Positions 31,062 through 40,225 of a stretch of DNA of 64,000 nt are shown one piece after another (positions within the stretch are counted from its first letter, which is position 1; every line of letters begins with the position of its first letter). The position numbers and the translations under genes are program-made. The DNA is from an uncultured bacterium (GTDB lineage Bacteria > Patescibacteriota > Minisyncoccia > Phycocordibacterales > UBA2100): positions 12,005 through 76,004 of the forward strand of contig CAIJXH010000014.1 in the NCBI GenBank assembly GCA_903824595.1, written 5' to 3'. A model generated the notes under the pieces. The model worked only from the letters and a program-made list of their open reading frames with translations. It was not told the origin of the DNA and did no database searches.

Positions 31062-32693
31062 ATGACTTTTTATGCATTCTCAGCGTTGGTAAATGCAGTA
31101 GCGAGCGGTTACATATCAATACTCACGTTCAGAAGTCGAAATTCAGATGCGCCGCGACTTCCTTTTATGTTTTTCGCGATATCAATTTTTTTATGGAGTT
31201 GTTTCTATTATCTCTGGCAAACAACTCACACGGAAATACTCGCGCTTCTTTGGATACAATTGTTTTCTGTTGCTGCCAATTTTATCGCATACACATATTT
31301 TCATTTCGCATGTGTGCTGAGCGATACCGAACCACAACATAGGCAGATCATCAGAGCAGGTTATGTGATTGCCATCATCTCATCCATTGCCGACTTTTCA
31401 CCACTTTCAATTCCCGGCGTTACCCAGAAATTGGTCTTCCAATTTTGGCCAAACGCCGGCATATTGTACTCATCATTTTTGCTGATGTGGATTTCGTATT
31501 TTATCTATGGATTTATTTTACTCAAACGAAAATATAAAATATCATCTGGCGCAATACGTAAACAGGTTATCTTCGTTCTTTTAGGTACACTTTTAGGATT
31601 CCTAGGGGGCATCACTAACTATTTTCTTTGGTTTGATATTTTTATTCCTCCATACGGCAACATACTTGTTTCTCTCTACGTCATATTCACCGGCTACGCG
31701 ATTCTCAAACACAATCTTTTCAACACAAAAGTAGTCGCGATTGAGATGCTGGTGTATGTGTTGTGGGCGGTGGAGTTTTTCAGAATAAGTCTTGCGGGCG
31801 ATTCTTTCACGAGAGGGTGGAACGTGGGATTTTTCTTATTCTCTATCAGCATAGGATTACTTCTCATACGAAGCGTGAATAACGAGGTCGCGACAGAGCT
31901 GAAGCTCGAGCAATCAGCAGAAGAGTTACGCATCGCCAACAAACACCTCGAGGAAATGGCGGCAATGAAAACACAGCTATTGGCACTCGCCACACACCGA
32001 TTACGCGGTTCGCTCGCAGAAATACGTGGGTATGCAGCAATACTGCTTGATGGCACTTATGGAGAATTGTCGGAAAAGCTCACACACGTCATCACCAACA
32101 TATCACAAGCAGGATATGACATGGAGCACATGATTTCTAACTTCCTCGACGCATCTCATTTAGCAGGTGGTTCAAAACCCGTCATATCGCTCATACAATT
32201 CGACTTGATTGCGCTCGCGAGAGAGTCGATTGGAACCGTGTGTGTCCCGATCAAGGAAAAAGGACTGCTATTGAAACACACACTTTCTGAACCAGTCTCT
32301 TATCTCGTGCACGCTGACATAGAATCGATCCGTCGCATCATCGGCATCTTCGCCGATAATGCCGTTCGCTTCACCAAACACGGCACTGTTTCTATTGCGG
32401 TCACACCAGAACAGCGAGAAAACAAGGATGGGGTCGTCCAACAGTACGCACGCTACTCAATTACCGACACGGGCATTGGCGTCCCACTTGAAGATCAGAG
32501 TCTTTTGTTCGACACGTTTTCGAGAGCATCCAACGCAAACGATACCTACGTACTCGGCAACGGAGTAAATCTTTTCATCGCCAAACGCCTTATAGAGGAA
32601 CAAGGCGGATATATCGGCGTTGTATCAGAGGGGCGCGAAAAAGGTGCAACCTTTTGGTTTATGTTACCATGCATCGATGGTGCAGCGGATTAG
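31062..32693 (+). CDS. Sensor histidine kinase with multi-TM (7TM-like) N-terminus
   Basis: About 8 TM helices; H box ATHRLRGSL; N box DNAVRFT; DTGIG; degenerate G2 GNGVNL. Confidence 0.85.
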   Translation: MTFYAFSALVNAVASGYISILTFRSRNSDAPRLPFMFFAISIFLWSCFYYLWQTTHTEILALLWIQLFSVAANFIAYTYFHFACVLSDTEPQHRQIIRAGYVIAIISSIADFSPLSIPGVTQKLVFQFWPNAGILYSSFLLMWISYFIYGFILLKRKYKISSGAIRKQVIFVLLGTLLGFLGGITNYFLWFDIFIPPYGNILVSLYVIFTGYAILKHNLFNTKVVAIEMLVYVLWAVEFFRISLAGDSFTRGWNVGFFLFSISIGLLLIRSVNNEVATELKLEQSAEELRIANKHLEEMAAMKTQLLALATHRLRGSLAEIRGYAAILLDGTYGELSEKLTHVITNISQAGYDMEHMISNFLDASHLAGGSKPVISLIQFDLIALARESIGTVCVPIKEKGLLLKHTLSEPVSYLVHADIESIRRIIGIFADNAVRFTKHGTVSIAVTPEQRENKDGVVQQYARYSITDTGIGVPLEDQSLLFDTFSRASNANDTYVLGNGVNLFIAKRLIEEQGGYIGVVSEGREKGATFWFMLPCIDGAAD

Positions 32694-33549
32694 AAAAGCA
32701 GTGATCCCTGCAGCGGGATACGGGACGCGCTTTCTTCCCGCGACCAAAGCAATGCCGAAAGAGATGCTACCCATTATAGACAAACCCATCATTCAATACG
32801 TTGTGGAAGAAGCAGTTGCTTCGGGCATCACCGACATCATCATCGTCACAGGCTGGAACAAACGTTCTATCGAGGATCATTTTGACTTTCCCTACGCCCT
32901 TTCACGCTACTTGCGCGAATCAGGCAAAGAGAAACAGGCCGAGGAAATCATGAGTATTTCCAAGCTCGCCAATTTCATCTACGTGCGCCAAAAAGGTCCC
33001 TACGGCAACGGCACCCCAATACTCAACGCGCGAAGTGCGATAGGCGACGAACCGTTCGCCATTCTCTGGGGCGATGAACTTATTCACTCTCATCCGCCAC
33101 GATTGAAACAAATGATCGATGCATGGGACGCTACAGGAATACCAAACATATCTGCGGTACGTGTCCCAAGAGAATCGGTACGCACGTATGGCATAGCCGA
33201 CATCACGCCCGTGAGTACACACGTCTTCAAAATAAATCGCCTCATCGAGAAGCCAACGCCAGATGAAGCTCCGTCTGACCTCGCCGCGCACGGCGCCTAC
33301 ATCATGCCTCCGCGCATCTTCGACATCCTCGCCGAGACATCGCTCGGCAAAGGCGGCGAACTTTGGCTCTCTGATGCTATTTCCACGCTTGCCAAAGAAC
33401 AGGACGTGCACGCCATCGAGATACAGGATGGTACGTATTACGACACAGGCAACAAACTCGGTTATATGAAAGCTGTCGTGGAATTCGGACTCAAACACCC
33501 GGAACTACATGGGGATTTTAGAACATTCCTCAAACAGCTCGACCTATAG
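32677..33549 (+). CDS. galU: UTP--glucose-1-phosphate uridylyltransferase
   Basis: KAVIPAAGYGTRFLPATKAMPKEMLP, VRQ, EKP. Confidence 0.93.
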   Translation: MVQRIRKAVIPAAGYGTRFLPATKAMPKEMLPIIDKPIIQYVVEEAVASGITDIIIVTGWNKRSIEDHFDFPYALSRYLRESGKEKQAEEIMSISKLANFIYVRQKGPYGNGTPILNARSAIGDEPFAILWGDELIHSHPPRLKQMIDAWDATGIPNISAVRVPRESVRTYGIADITPVSTHVFKINRLIEKPTPDEAPSDLAAHGAYIMPPRIFDILAETSLGKGGELWLSDAISTLAKEQDVHAIEIQDGTYYDTGNKLGYMKAVVEFGLKHPELHGDFRTFLKQLDL

Positions 33550-33570
33550 AATCGGTGGTATACTGTGGAC

Positions 33571-34329
33571 ATGATATTCACCATCGCACTCATTATCATC
33601 GTCTATCTCCTCTCCTCAATGCGCGTCGTGCAGCAGTACGAGCGCGGAGTGGTCTTCTTTCTCGGTAAGTTTGAAGGCGTGCGCGAAGCGGGATTCACTC
33701 TCATCTTCTTCCCCTTCCAGCAGATGACGCGCGTATCTTTACGCACGGTCACCATGCAGATCCCGTCGCAAAAAATCATCACCAAAGACAATGTGTCGAT
33801 CGACATCGCGGCGGTTGCTTACTACAAGATTGTCGACCCTGAGAAAGCCGTCGTCGCGATCGAAGATGTGTACAACGCCGTCAACCAAATCAGCCAGACC
33901 ACCGTGCGCAACGTCGTCGGCCGCTTCCAGCTCGACGAACTCCTCGCAGAGACCGCAAAGATCAACGAACAAATCAAAGACGTGATCGACGCCCACACCG
34001 AGCCGTGGGGAGCATCAGTCACCGCCGTGGAAATCAAAGACATCACCCTTCCCGACAACATGCAGCGCGCCATGGCAAAGGAAGCCGAAGCAGAACGCGA
34101 GCGCCGCGCCAAGATCGTCGCCGCTGAAGGCGAGTACCAAGCTGCCACCAAGCTCGGCGAAGCAGCCGATGTCATCACCAAGCACCCCGTCGCCCTCCAG
34201 CTGCGCACGCTCCAGACCATGGCGGAAATCTCCGTCGAGAAAAACTCCACCATCATCTTCCCCGCGCAATTCATGACCACCGTGCAGGAGGCAATCTCGC
34301 TGCTCAAGCAAGACACGAGGGCGAAATAA
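33571..34329 (+). CDS. SPFH/stomatin (slipin) family protein
   Basis: [30 protein letters not shown]. Confidence 0.92.
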   Translation: MIFTIALIIIVYLLSSMRVVQQYERGVVFFLGKFEGVREAGFTLIFFPFQQMTRVSLRTVTMQIPSQKIITKDNVSIDIAAVAYYKIVDPEKAVVAIEDVYNAVNQISQTTVRNVVGRFQLDELLAETAKINEQIKDVIDAHTEPWGASVTAVEIKDITLPDNMQRAMAKEAEAERERRAKIVAAEGEYQAATKLGEAADVITKHPVALQLRTLQTMAEISVEKNSTIIFPAQFMTTVQEAISLLKQDTRAK

Positions 34330-34345
34330 GCTTTTACCACAGCCC

Positions 34346-34374
34346 TTGACAGATAACTAGGTAGGTGCTATGAT
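34346..34374 (+). promoter_or_regulatory. Strong sigma70 promoter
   Basis: TTGACA, 17 nt, TATGAT with an extended TG. Confidence 0.8.
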
Positions 34375-34460
34375 ATCGACACCTGAACCTTGACAAACGT
34401 CGGCGGAATTATCTGCGTGGCCGACCATGACACCCTCTGCAATCCCCTTTTGGGAGCGCG

Positions 34461-34745
34461 GTGCCGGTTGAATCGGGCTTGCTGCGGGACATGCACTCCC
34501 GCGGTCTGATCGGGGATTGGGATGGTCCCTATCCCTTGATCGACCTCGCCGGCTGCCTCGCGCAGGCCGATGAGGACCCGACTTCCTGTGACGGCTACGC
34601 CACCAAATACGGCGTCGCCGTGGACGCGGCAGATTTCAATGGGGGGACTCACAATCCCCTCTATGACTCCGCTCAGGCGGCGGCGGTCTACCGGCATCTG
34701 GTTGCGCGGTCGATAACGAATAACGGCTTGGGACGCCGTAGGTAA
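34461..34745 (+). pseudogene. C-terminal fragment of a DEDDh exonuclease-like protein
   Basis: LIDL...HNPLYDS (Exo III-like); no Exo I DxE; in-frame stop at 34428. Confidence 0.45.
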
Positions 34746-34784
34746 ATATCCTGAGGTTTGGTGGACACCTCTTCATAAGTCCAC

Positions 34785-34852
34785 CTCTGTTTCCGGCAGA
34801 GCCGGACTGATGATTCTTCCCCGCCCATGAGACGGGGCAAGATGAAACAGAG
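34785..34852 (+). ncRNA. Type III hammerhead ribozyme candidate
   Basis: Stem III CUCUGU/ACAGAG; cleavage triplet GUU; stem I UCCGGC/GCCGGA; core CUGAUGA 34807-34813; stem II UCUUCCCCG/CGGGGcAAGA; GAAA 34844-34847. Confidence 0.72.
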
Positions 34853-34909
34853 ATTCAATCTCGCCCAACGGACGAGCCGCAGCCGACGGAATTCGGTAAG
34901 GAGAGTCAC

Positions 34910-35626
34910 ATGTCGACCATCGGTTTCGTCTCCTCTTTTCTGCAGATTTTTTTCAAACACACTTTCCGCGCAACGGCGCGGACTGGAAAAAAATCAGCAA
35001 ATTGGTTTGAGGAGTTCCGGATCGAAGATCCGGAACTCAGAAAGGAGGTGGAGGAGTTGTGGGGATTTATGACCCACGACTGGCGTACCGGGAGGAGAAT
35101 TGAATTTCTTCTTTCGGAAACCCTGGACGAGTATCGTCGCGCCGTAATATCGCTCCATCTGGAGCGCAAGGCGCACGAGCGATCCCCCCTCGACCCCACC
35201 TGGACAAAAAGGGGGTGGGAGATCGACAACCGGAGGTCAAACATCCTGCGGGATACACGAGCCGCCGAGGCGGCGAAGATCTTGGAGGGGGGAGTGTGCA
35301 TACACTCCTCAGAACCCAATAACACAAAGGAGCGGGAATGGCTTATGGGCGCAGAGCGCCCCAAAAATTGGGACAAAACATATCGGAAAGTCGTTTTGTT
35401 CCGAGAGCGGGTGTTTCTCGTATGTCTCCGTGCGGAAGCACGGGTGGTTGTTTCCAACCCCCACAAAGAGGGATGCGGCCAGTACGGAGGGCCGATTGAA
35501 ATTTCCACGTATACGCCTACGGGCGAATACGCGGAAACAAAGCCCGAATGGGCGACCGAGTCGGTCGCCCAGATGAACAAAGAGGAGCTAACGGCGCTTG
35601 CCGCCGCACAAGCAGCGGCAGCCTAG
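34910..35626 (+). CDS. Orphan protein
   Basis: 238-aa ORF with SD TAAGGAG (34897-34903) and a downstream terminator. Confidence 0.7.
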   Translation: MSTIGFVSSFLQIFFKHTFRATARTGKKSANWFEEFRIEDPELRKEVEELWGFMTHDWRTGRRIEFLLSETLDEYRRAVISLHLERKAHERSPLDPTWTKRGWEIDNRRSNILRDTRAAEAAKILEGGVCIHSSEPNNTKEREWLMGAERPKNWDKTYRKVVLFRERVFLVCLRAEARVVVSNPHKEGCGQYGGPIEISTYTPTGEYAETKPEWATESVAQMNKEELTALAAAQAAAA

Positions 35627-35690
35627 CTCCTTACTCGCCCCGTGCGGCGAGATTGTTCTTTCAGCCAACGCGGCACGGCGCGTGGCACTC

Positions 35691-35734
35691 AAAGCACCCA
35701 GACGCTTCGGCGATCAGGGTGCTTTTTCTTTTTT
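35691..35734 (+). terminator. Intrinsic terminator
   Basis: AAAGCACCC...GGGTGCTTT followed by a long T tract. Confidence 0.8.
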
Positions 35735-35793
35735 CCACCCTCTCCTGTGTTACAATTCAATCCATTAGACTATTCACATAACGCACACATCCT

Positions 35794-36333
35794 ATGCAAG
35801 AAACAAATCTCTACACCATCACCGTACCGCCGATGATGCGCACGCTCGGTGGTCTCTCTATTATTCTCGATAAGATGGCGGCGGCTGCCGAGGCAAAAAA
35901 GCTCGAGTGGATGCCGGCGGCGCACGAGGCAGCCCTCATCAACGACCGCCTCGTGTTCGACCAGTTCCCCTTCGTCCGCCAGGTGCAGATCGCATGCGAC
36001 AATGCAAAAAATGGCAGTGCTCGCATCGCCGGCATCGAAGCCCCAAAGATGGAAGACAACGAAAAGACCGTCGCAGAATTGAAAGCGCGCATCGAAAAGA
36101 CACTCGCCTTCTTGCAAACGATCACGCCCGAACAAATGATCGGCAAAGAAGCGGCAAAAATCACGCTTCCCTACTGGCCCGACAAATACTTCACCAGCTT
36201 CGACTACGCCACCCTGTATCTCATGCCGAATTTCTACTTCCACGTCGTCACTGCCTACTCGATCGTCCGCAAAAACGGCGTCGACATCGGCAAAAATGAT
36301 TTCCTCAACGGCCTACCGACGAAGGATCTTTAG
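35794..36333 (+). CDS. DUF1993 family protein
   Basis: QVQIACD.AK, PNFYFHVVTAYSI.RKNGVDIGK.DF. Confidence 0.88.
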   Translation: MQETNLYTITVPPMMRTLGGLSIILDKMAAAAEAKKLEWMPAAHEAALINDRLVFDQFPFVRQVQIACDNAKNGSARIAGIEAPKMEDNEKTVAELKARIEKTLAFLQTITPEQMIGKEAAKITLPYWPDKYFTSFDYATLYLMPNFYFHVVTAYSIVRKNGVDIGKNDFLNGLPTKDL

Positions 36334-36335
36334 TC

Positions 36336-37058
36336 ATGCCGACACACATATTCTTCGATCTGGATAATACACTCACGCCAAGTCGCTCTGTGATGTTATC
36401 CGAACATCAAACACTTTTTGCGCGACTGTGTGCTGTATGCGATGTAATCGTTGTGTCAGGTTCATCAGAATCAGTCATCCGCAAAGACATACCTACGCCG
36501 CAGAAAGGATTTTTTATTCTTGCACAAAGTGGCAATCATGCAGAAGACAAGTCTGGCGTCGTCCTTTGGCAGGAGACATTTACTCCCGAACAAAAAAACC
36601 TTATCCTCACATTCATCAAGGATATTCATGATGCGGCAAAACTAACCGTATCACATGAGGATGATCTCGTGGAAGACCGTGGCTCGCAAATATCCTATAG
36701 CATGATCGGACACAACGAAGATCGTGCCAAGAAAAAGGCGTTTGATCCCAACGCGGCGAAACGACTCTCTTTTCTCGCAGAACGAACAACGCAACGAGAT
36801 ACGCTCCGAGCAGCGGGAGTAGAGGTCATGGTTGGCGGTACGACCTGTTTTGATTTCTACGTTGCTGGCAAGCACAAAGGTTTCAATATCACTCGACTCA
36901 TTGAGCGCGAAAAATGGAACAAAGACGACTGCATGTATGTTGGAGACGCCCTCTTTTCGGGAGGCAACGATGAGGCGGTCATCGGCGTGATTGCAACGCG
37001 TGCAGTATCCAATCCGCACGAGACCTTCGAGTATATTCAGACACTTCTCACGCCATAA
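36336..37058 (+). CDS. HAD-IIB hydrolase (phosphomannomutase-like)
   Basis: FDLDNTL, EDRGSQI, GGTT, VGDALFSGGND. Confidence 0.85.
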   Translation: MPTHIFFDLDNTLTPSRSVMLSEHQTLFARLCAVCDVIVVSGSSESVIRKDIPTPQKGFFILAQSGNHAEDKSGVVLWQETFTPEQKNLILTFIKDIHDAAKLTVSHEDDLVEDRGSQISYSMIGHNEDRAKKKAFDPNAAKRLSFLAERTTQRDTLRAAGVEVMVGGTTCFDFYVAGKHKGFNITRLIEREKWNKDDCMYVGDALFSGGNDEAVIGVIATRAVSNPHETFEYIQTLLTP

Positions 37059-37059
37059 C

Positions 37060-37824
37060 ATGGAAACCGCCCTCTCCATCCACGATCTCAAGAAAACCTA
37101 CGGCAACGGCGTCGTCGCCCTCAAGGGCGTGTCGCTCGAAGTGCCTGCCGGGGATTTCTTCGCACTGCTTGGTCCCAACGGCGCCGGCAAAACGACCATC
37201 ATCGGCATCTCCACAGGACTCGTGAACAAAACATCGGGTATCGTGTCCGTCTTTGGACACAACATCGACGAAGATCCTGAAATCGCCAAAGCGCAGATTG
37301 GCTTGGTGGGGCAAGAAATAAATTTCAATCCGTTTGAAAAGCCGCTCGACATTGTCGTCAACCAGGGCGGCTACTACGGCATTCCTCGCAAAGAAGCTGC
37401 ACCGCGCGCAGAGAAATTGCTGGAAGAACTTGGGTTAGGCGCAAAAATGAACGACCGCGCCATGGCGCTCTCGGGCGGGATGAAACGCCGCCTCATGATC
37501 GCGCGCGCACTCATTCATCGCCCGCGATTCCTTGTCTTAGACGAGCCGACGGCGGGCGTCGATGTGGAGCTGCGTCGCGGCATGTGGGATTATTTACGCA
37601 CACTCACCACCAGCGGTGTTACCATCCTCCTCACCACCCACTACCTCGAAGAAGCCGAGCAGCTCTGCAAGCACGTCGCCATCATAAACAAGGGAGAAAT
37701 AGTTGCCAAGGGAACTATGGAGGCTATTCTTTCTGCACACGGCGACGGAAGCAACAAGGAAGCGGGGTACAAAGGCGGCTTGCTCGAGGAAGTATTCTTA
37801 AAACTCACCTCCAATTCAGTATGA
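37060..37824 (+). CDS. ABC transporter ATP-binding protein (YadG-like)
   Basis: GPNGAGKT, LSGGMKRR, LDEPT. Confidence 0.92.
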   Translation: METALSIHDLKKTYGNGVVALKGVSLEVPAGDFFALLGPNGAGKTTIIGISTGLVNKTSGIVSVFGHNIDEDPEIAKAQIGLVGQEINFNPFEKPLDIVVNQGGYYGIPRKEAAPRAEKLLEELGLGAKMNDRAMALSGGMKRRLMIARALIHRPRFLVLDEPTAGVDVELRRGMWDYLRTLTTSGVTILLTTHYLEEAEQLCKHVAIINKGEIVAKGTMEAILSAHGDGSNKEAGYKGGLLEEVFLKLTSNSV

Positions 37825-38603
37825 CCGGATTACAAATGTGGATTTCGTTTTATACCATGCTGCGCAAAGACGTGGTGCGTATGTTTCGTATTTGGGTGCA
37901 AACATTTCTCCCGAGCGTCATGACTTCCATGCTCTACTTTCTCGTCTTCGGCACCGTGCTCGGCTCGCGCATCGGCAGCATGCAGGGGGTCAACTACATG
38001 ACGTTTGTCGTGCCCGGTTTGGTGATGCTCGCCATCGTCATGAACGCGTACTCGAACACGTCGTTCACATTTTTTCAATCCAAATTCTTCGCCCGTTCGA
38101 TCGAAGAAATCCTCGTCTCGCCCACGCCGCCGTGGGTTATGATCGCAGGATTTATCGCGGGCGGCGTCGTGCGTGGCATGATCGTCGGCACGCTCGTGAT
38201 GTGTATTGCTCTCTTTTTCACGCATATTCCGCTCACGCTCGGCGGCGTCACGATCATCTTTTCGTTTGCACTACTCTCGGCGCTTGTCTTTGCTCTCGCA
38301 GGATTGGTCAACGGCATCTACGCCAAATCGATCGATGGCATCAACATCGTTCCCACGTTCGTCCTCACGCCGCTCGTCTACCTCGGCGGCGTTTTCTATT
38401 CCGTACATTCGCTTCCCACGTGGTGGCAAACCATCACCTACATGAACCCTCTTTTCTACCTCATCAACGGCTTCCGTTGGGGCTTCCTCGGCACATCCGA
38501 CATCTCCCCGCTTCTTTCTGCCAGTGTCCTTGCTACGCTCATCGCCACACTCGTCGGGATCAATTGGTATTTCATACGGACGGGACTGGGATTGAAGCAG
38601 TAG
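37821..38603 (+). CDS. ABC-2 permease (YadH-like)
   Basis: Six TM helices; PLVYLGGVFYS, NPLFYLINGFR. Confidence 0.9.
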   Translation: MTGLQMWISFYTMLRKDVVRMFRIWVQTFLPSVMTSMLYFLVFGTVLGSRIGSMQGVNYMTFVVPGLVMLAIVMNAYSNTSFTFFQSKFFARSIEEILVSPTPPWVMIAGFIAGGVVRGMIVGTLVMCIALFFTHIPLTLGGVTIIFSFALLSALVFALAGLVNGIYAKSIDGINIVPTFVLTPLVYLGGVFYSVHSLPTWWQTITYMNPLFYLINGFRWGFLGTSDISPLLSASVLATLIATLVGINWYFIRTGLGLKQ

Positions 38604-38645
38604 CGTCCAATTGCATTCGCTCCCATCTCGTGCAAGGATGCCGCG

Positions 38646-39659
38646 ATGCCGAAGAAAACACCGAGAGCCGAGCGATTCGGACTTGCCAACATTCTTGAAC
38701 GTATTGCGCCAAAAATCGGTGCGAAGATTGTGTTGGAGCCCGAGTGGAGAATCGCCGGACAGATCACCTTCAGAAGCGGCAAGCGATGCTATTTCCGCTA
38801 CAACACCCTCGACCTCAATCCCGTCGGTGCGAGCGACATCGCGAAAGACAAAGACTACGCCGCCTATTTCATGCGCCGCATGGGATACCCCGCGATTCCC
38901 GGCACCACCTTTTTCTCCGACCGCTGGTGCAGTGCGATCGGCTCAAAGAAAGACACCGGCGCCGCCCTCCGCCACGCGAAGAAAACCGGATTCCCTCTCA
39001 TCGCCAAACCAAACGCAAATTCGCACGGACACAACGTCTTCCTCGTGCACAACCAGCGCGAAATGAAACGGGCACTCGCGCACATATTCCACGAAGACAA
39101 AATCGCCCTGATCCAAAGACCTGTCACCGGCCGTGACTACCGCGTCGTCGTTTTGGACAATGAGATTATTTCCGCGTACGAGCGCATCCCGCTCAACGTC
39201 GTCGGCGATGGTCGCTCGACCATTGCGCAACTGCTCGCGCGCAAGCAAAAAATGTTTGACAAATCGGGTCGCGACACGCGCATCCGCCCCGATGATCCGC
39301 GCATTCTCCACAAACTCGCCCGCCTCAAGCTCACTCTGCGCTCCATCATTCCGCGCGGCGAGCGCGTCTTCCTGCTCGATAATTCCAATCTTTCCTCCGG
39401 CGGCGATGCAGTGGATGTGACGAGTGAGATTCATCCTGCGTTCAAAAAAATAGCGATCGACCTCACGCGCGACATGGGGCTGCGCCTGTGCGGTGTCGAT
39501 CTCATGGTCGAAGGCGACATCCGCGAGAAGCCTGCAACCTACCACATCATCGAAATCAACGCCGCCCCCGGACTCGACCACTACGTCACCACCGGACTAG
39601 CCCAACAAAAAATCGTCGAGGATTTGTATGTGAAGGTACTCAAAAGCCTATCGCACTGA
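38646..39659 (+). CDS. Stand-alone ATP-grasp ligase (cyanophycin synthetase/GshF-like domain)
   Basis: KDK, KP, GRDYRV, NLSSGG, GVDL, IEINAAPG. Confidence 0.82.
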   Translation: MPKKTPRAERFGLANILERIAPKIGAKIVLEPEWRIAGQITFRSGKRCYFRYNTLDLNPVGASDIAKDKDYAAYFMRRMGYPAIPGTTFFSDRWCSAIGSKKDTGAALRHAKKTGFPLIAKPNANSHGHNVFLVHNQREMKRALAHIFHEDKIALIQRPVTGRDYRVVVLDNEIISAYERIPLNVVGDGRSTIAQLLARKQKMFDKSGRDTRIRPDDPRILHKLARLKLTLRSIIPRGERVFLLDNSNLSSGGDAVDVTSEIHPAFKKIAIDLTRDMGLRLCGVDLMVEGDIREKPATYHIIEINAAPGLDHYVTTGLAQQKIVEDLYVKVLKSLSH

Positions 39660-39674
39660 TAGCCCAGGATGGTT

Positions 39675-39708
39675 TTCCTTATTTCCTACGGCCGTGGGAA
39701 ATAAGGAA
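39675..39708. repeat. Dispersed palindrome, copy 4, between convergent genes
   Basis: TTCCTTATTTCCTACGGCCGTGGGAAATAAGGAA followed by TGCGG, as in copy 3. Confidence 0.9.
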
Positions 39709-39715
39709 TGCGGGT

Positions 39716-40225
39716 TTAGGGTTGGCGTTCCAGATCGATCCATTGATAACGCAAACCATTCCACTCACGCGATTCCTCGGATGTTGTTTTTGTAAACTCA
39801 TCTTCGTACGCTGGAAAAAACGAGTCAGCATCTTTTGCGTCGTCGATAATAGTGAGACACAGCTTGTCGGTATACGGAAGCGCTTGCCGATATATCTCCG
39901 CACCACCCCCAATGAAAACCATTTCCTGATCCAATTCCCTCCCTTTCGCAATCGCCTCTTCAACTGAATGCGCCACCACCACTTCACCTACCAAGGACGG
40001 TCCTTGGTCGGTACGGGTGACAACAATGGTGGTACGCCCGGGAAGTGGTTTGCCGAGGTAGCCGACTATGGAATCAAACGTCTTCCTTCCGAGAATAATC
40101 GGATGTCCGACAGTGAGCTGTTTGAAGCGTTTCAAATCATCGGGAATCTGCCACAAAAGCTTCCCCTCTTTTCCCAGCTCGCGATTCTTGCCGATAGCCG
40201 CGATGGCGATGATACATGCACTCAT
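39716..40225 (-). CDS. folA: Dihydrofolate reductase
   Basis: LLWQIPDDLKRFK, GRKTF, PLPGR, IGGAEIY, DSFFP. Confidence 0.95.
   Translation of the reverse strand: MSACIIAIAAIGKNRELGKEGKLLWQIPDDLKRFKQLTVGHPIILGRKTFDSIVGYLGKPLPGRTTIVVTRTDQGPSLVGEVVVAHSVEEAIAKGRELDQEMVFIGGGAEIYRQALPYTDKLCLTIIDDAKDADSFFPAYEDEFTKTTSEESREWNGLRYQWIDLERQP
39990..40008. repeat. Palindrome inside folA
   Basis: ACCAAGGAC-g-GTCCTTGGT; encodes DQGPSLV. Confidence 0.6.

Noticed and set aside
38646-39659. Cyanophycin synthetase (cphA)
   Set aside because: Only the ATP-grasp part is present; there is no Mur-ligase domain or cyanophycinase.
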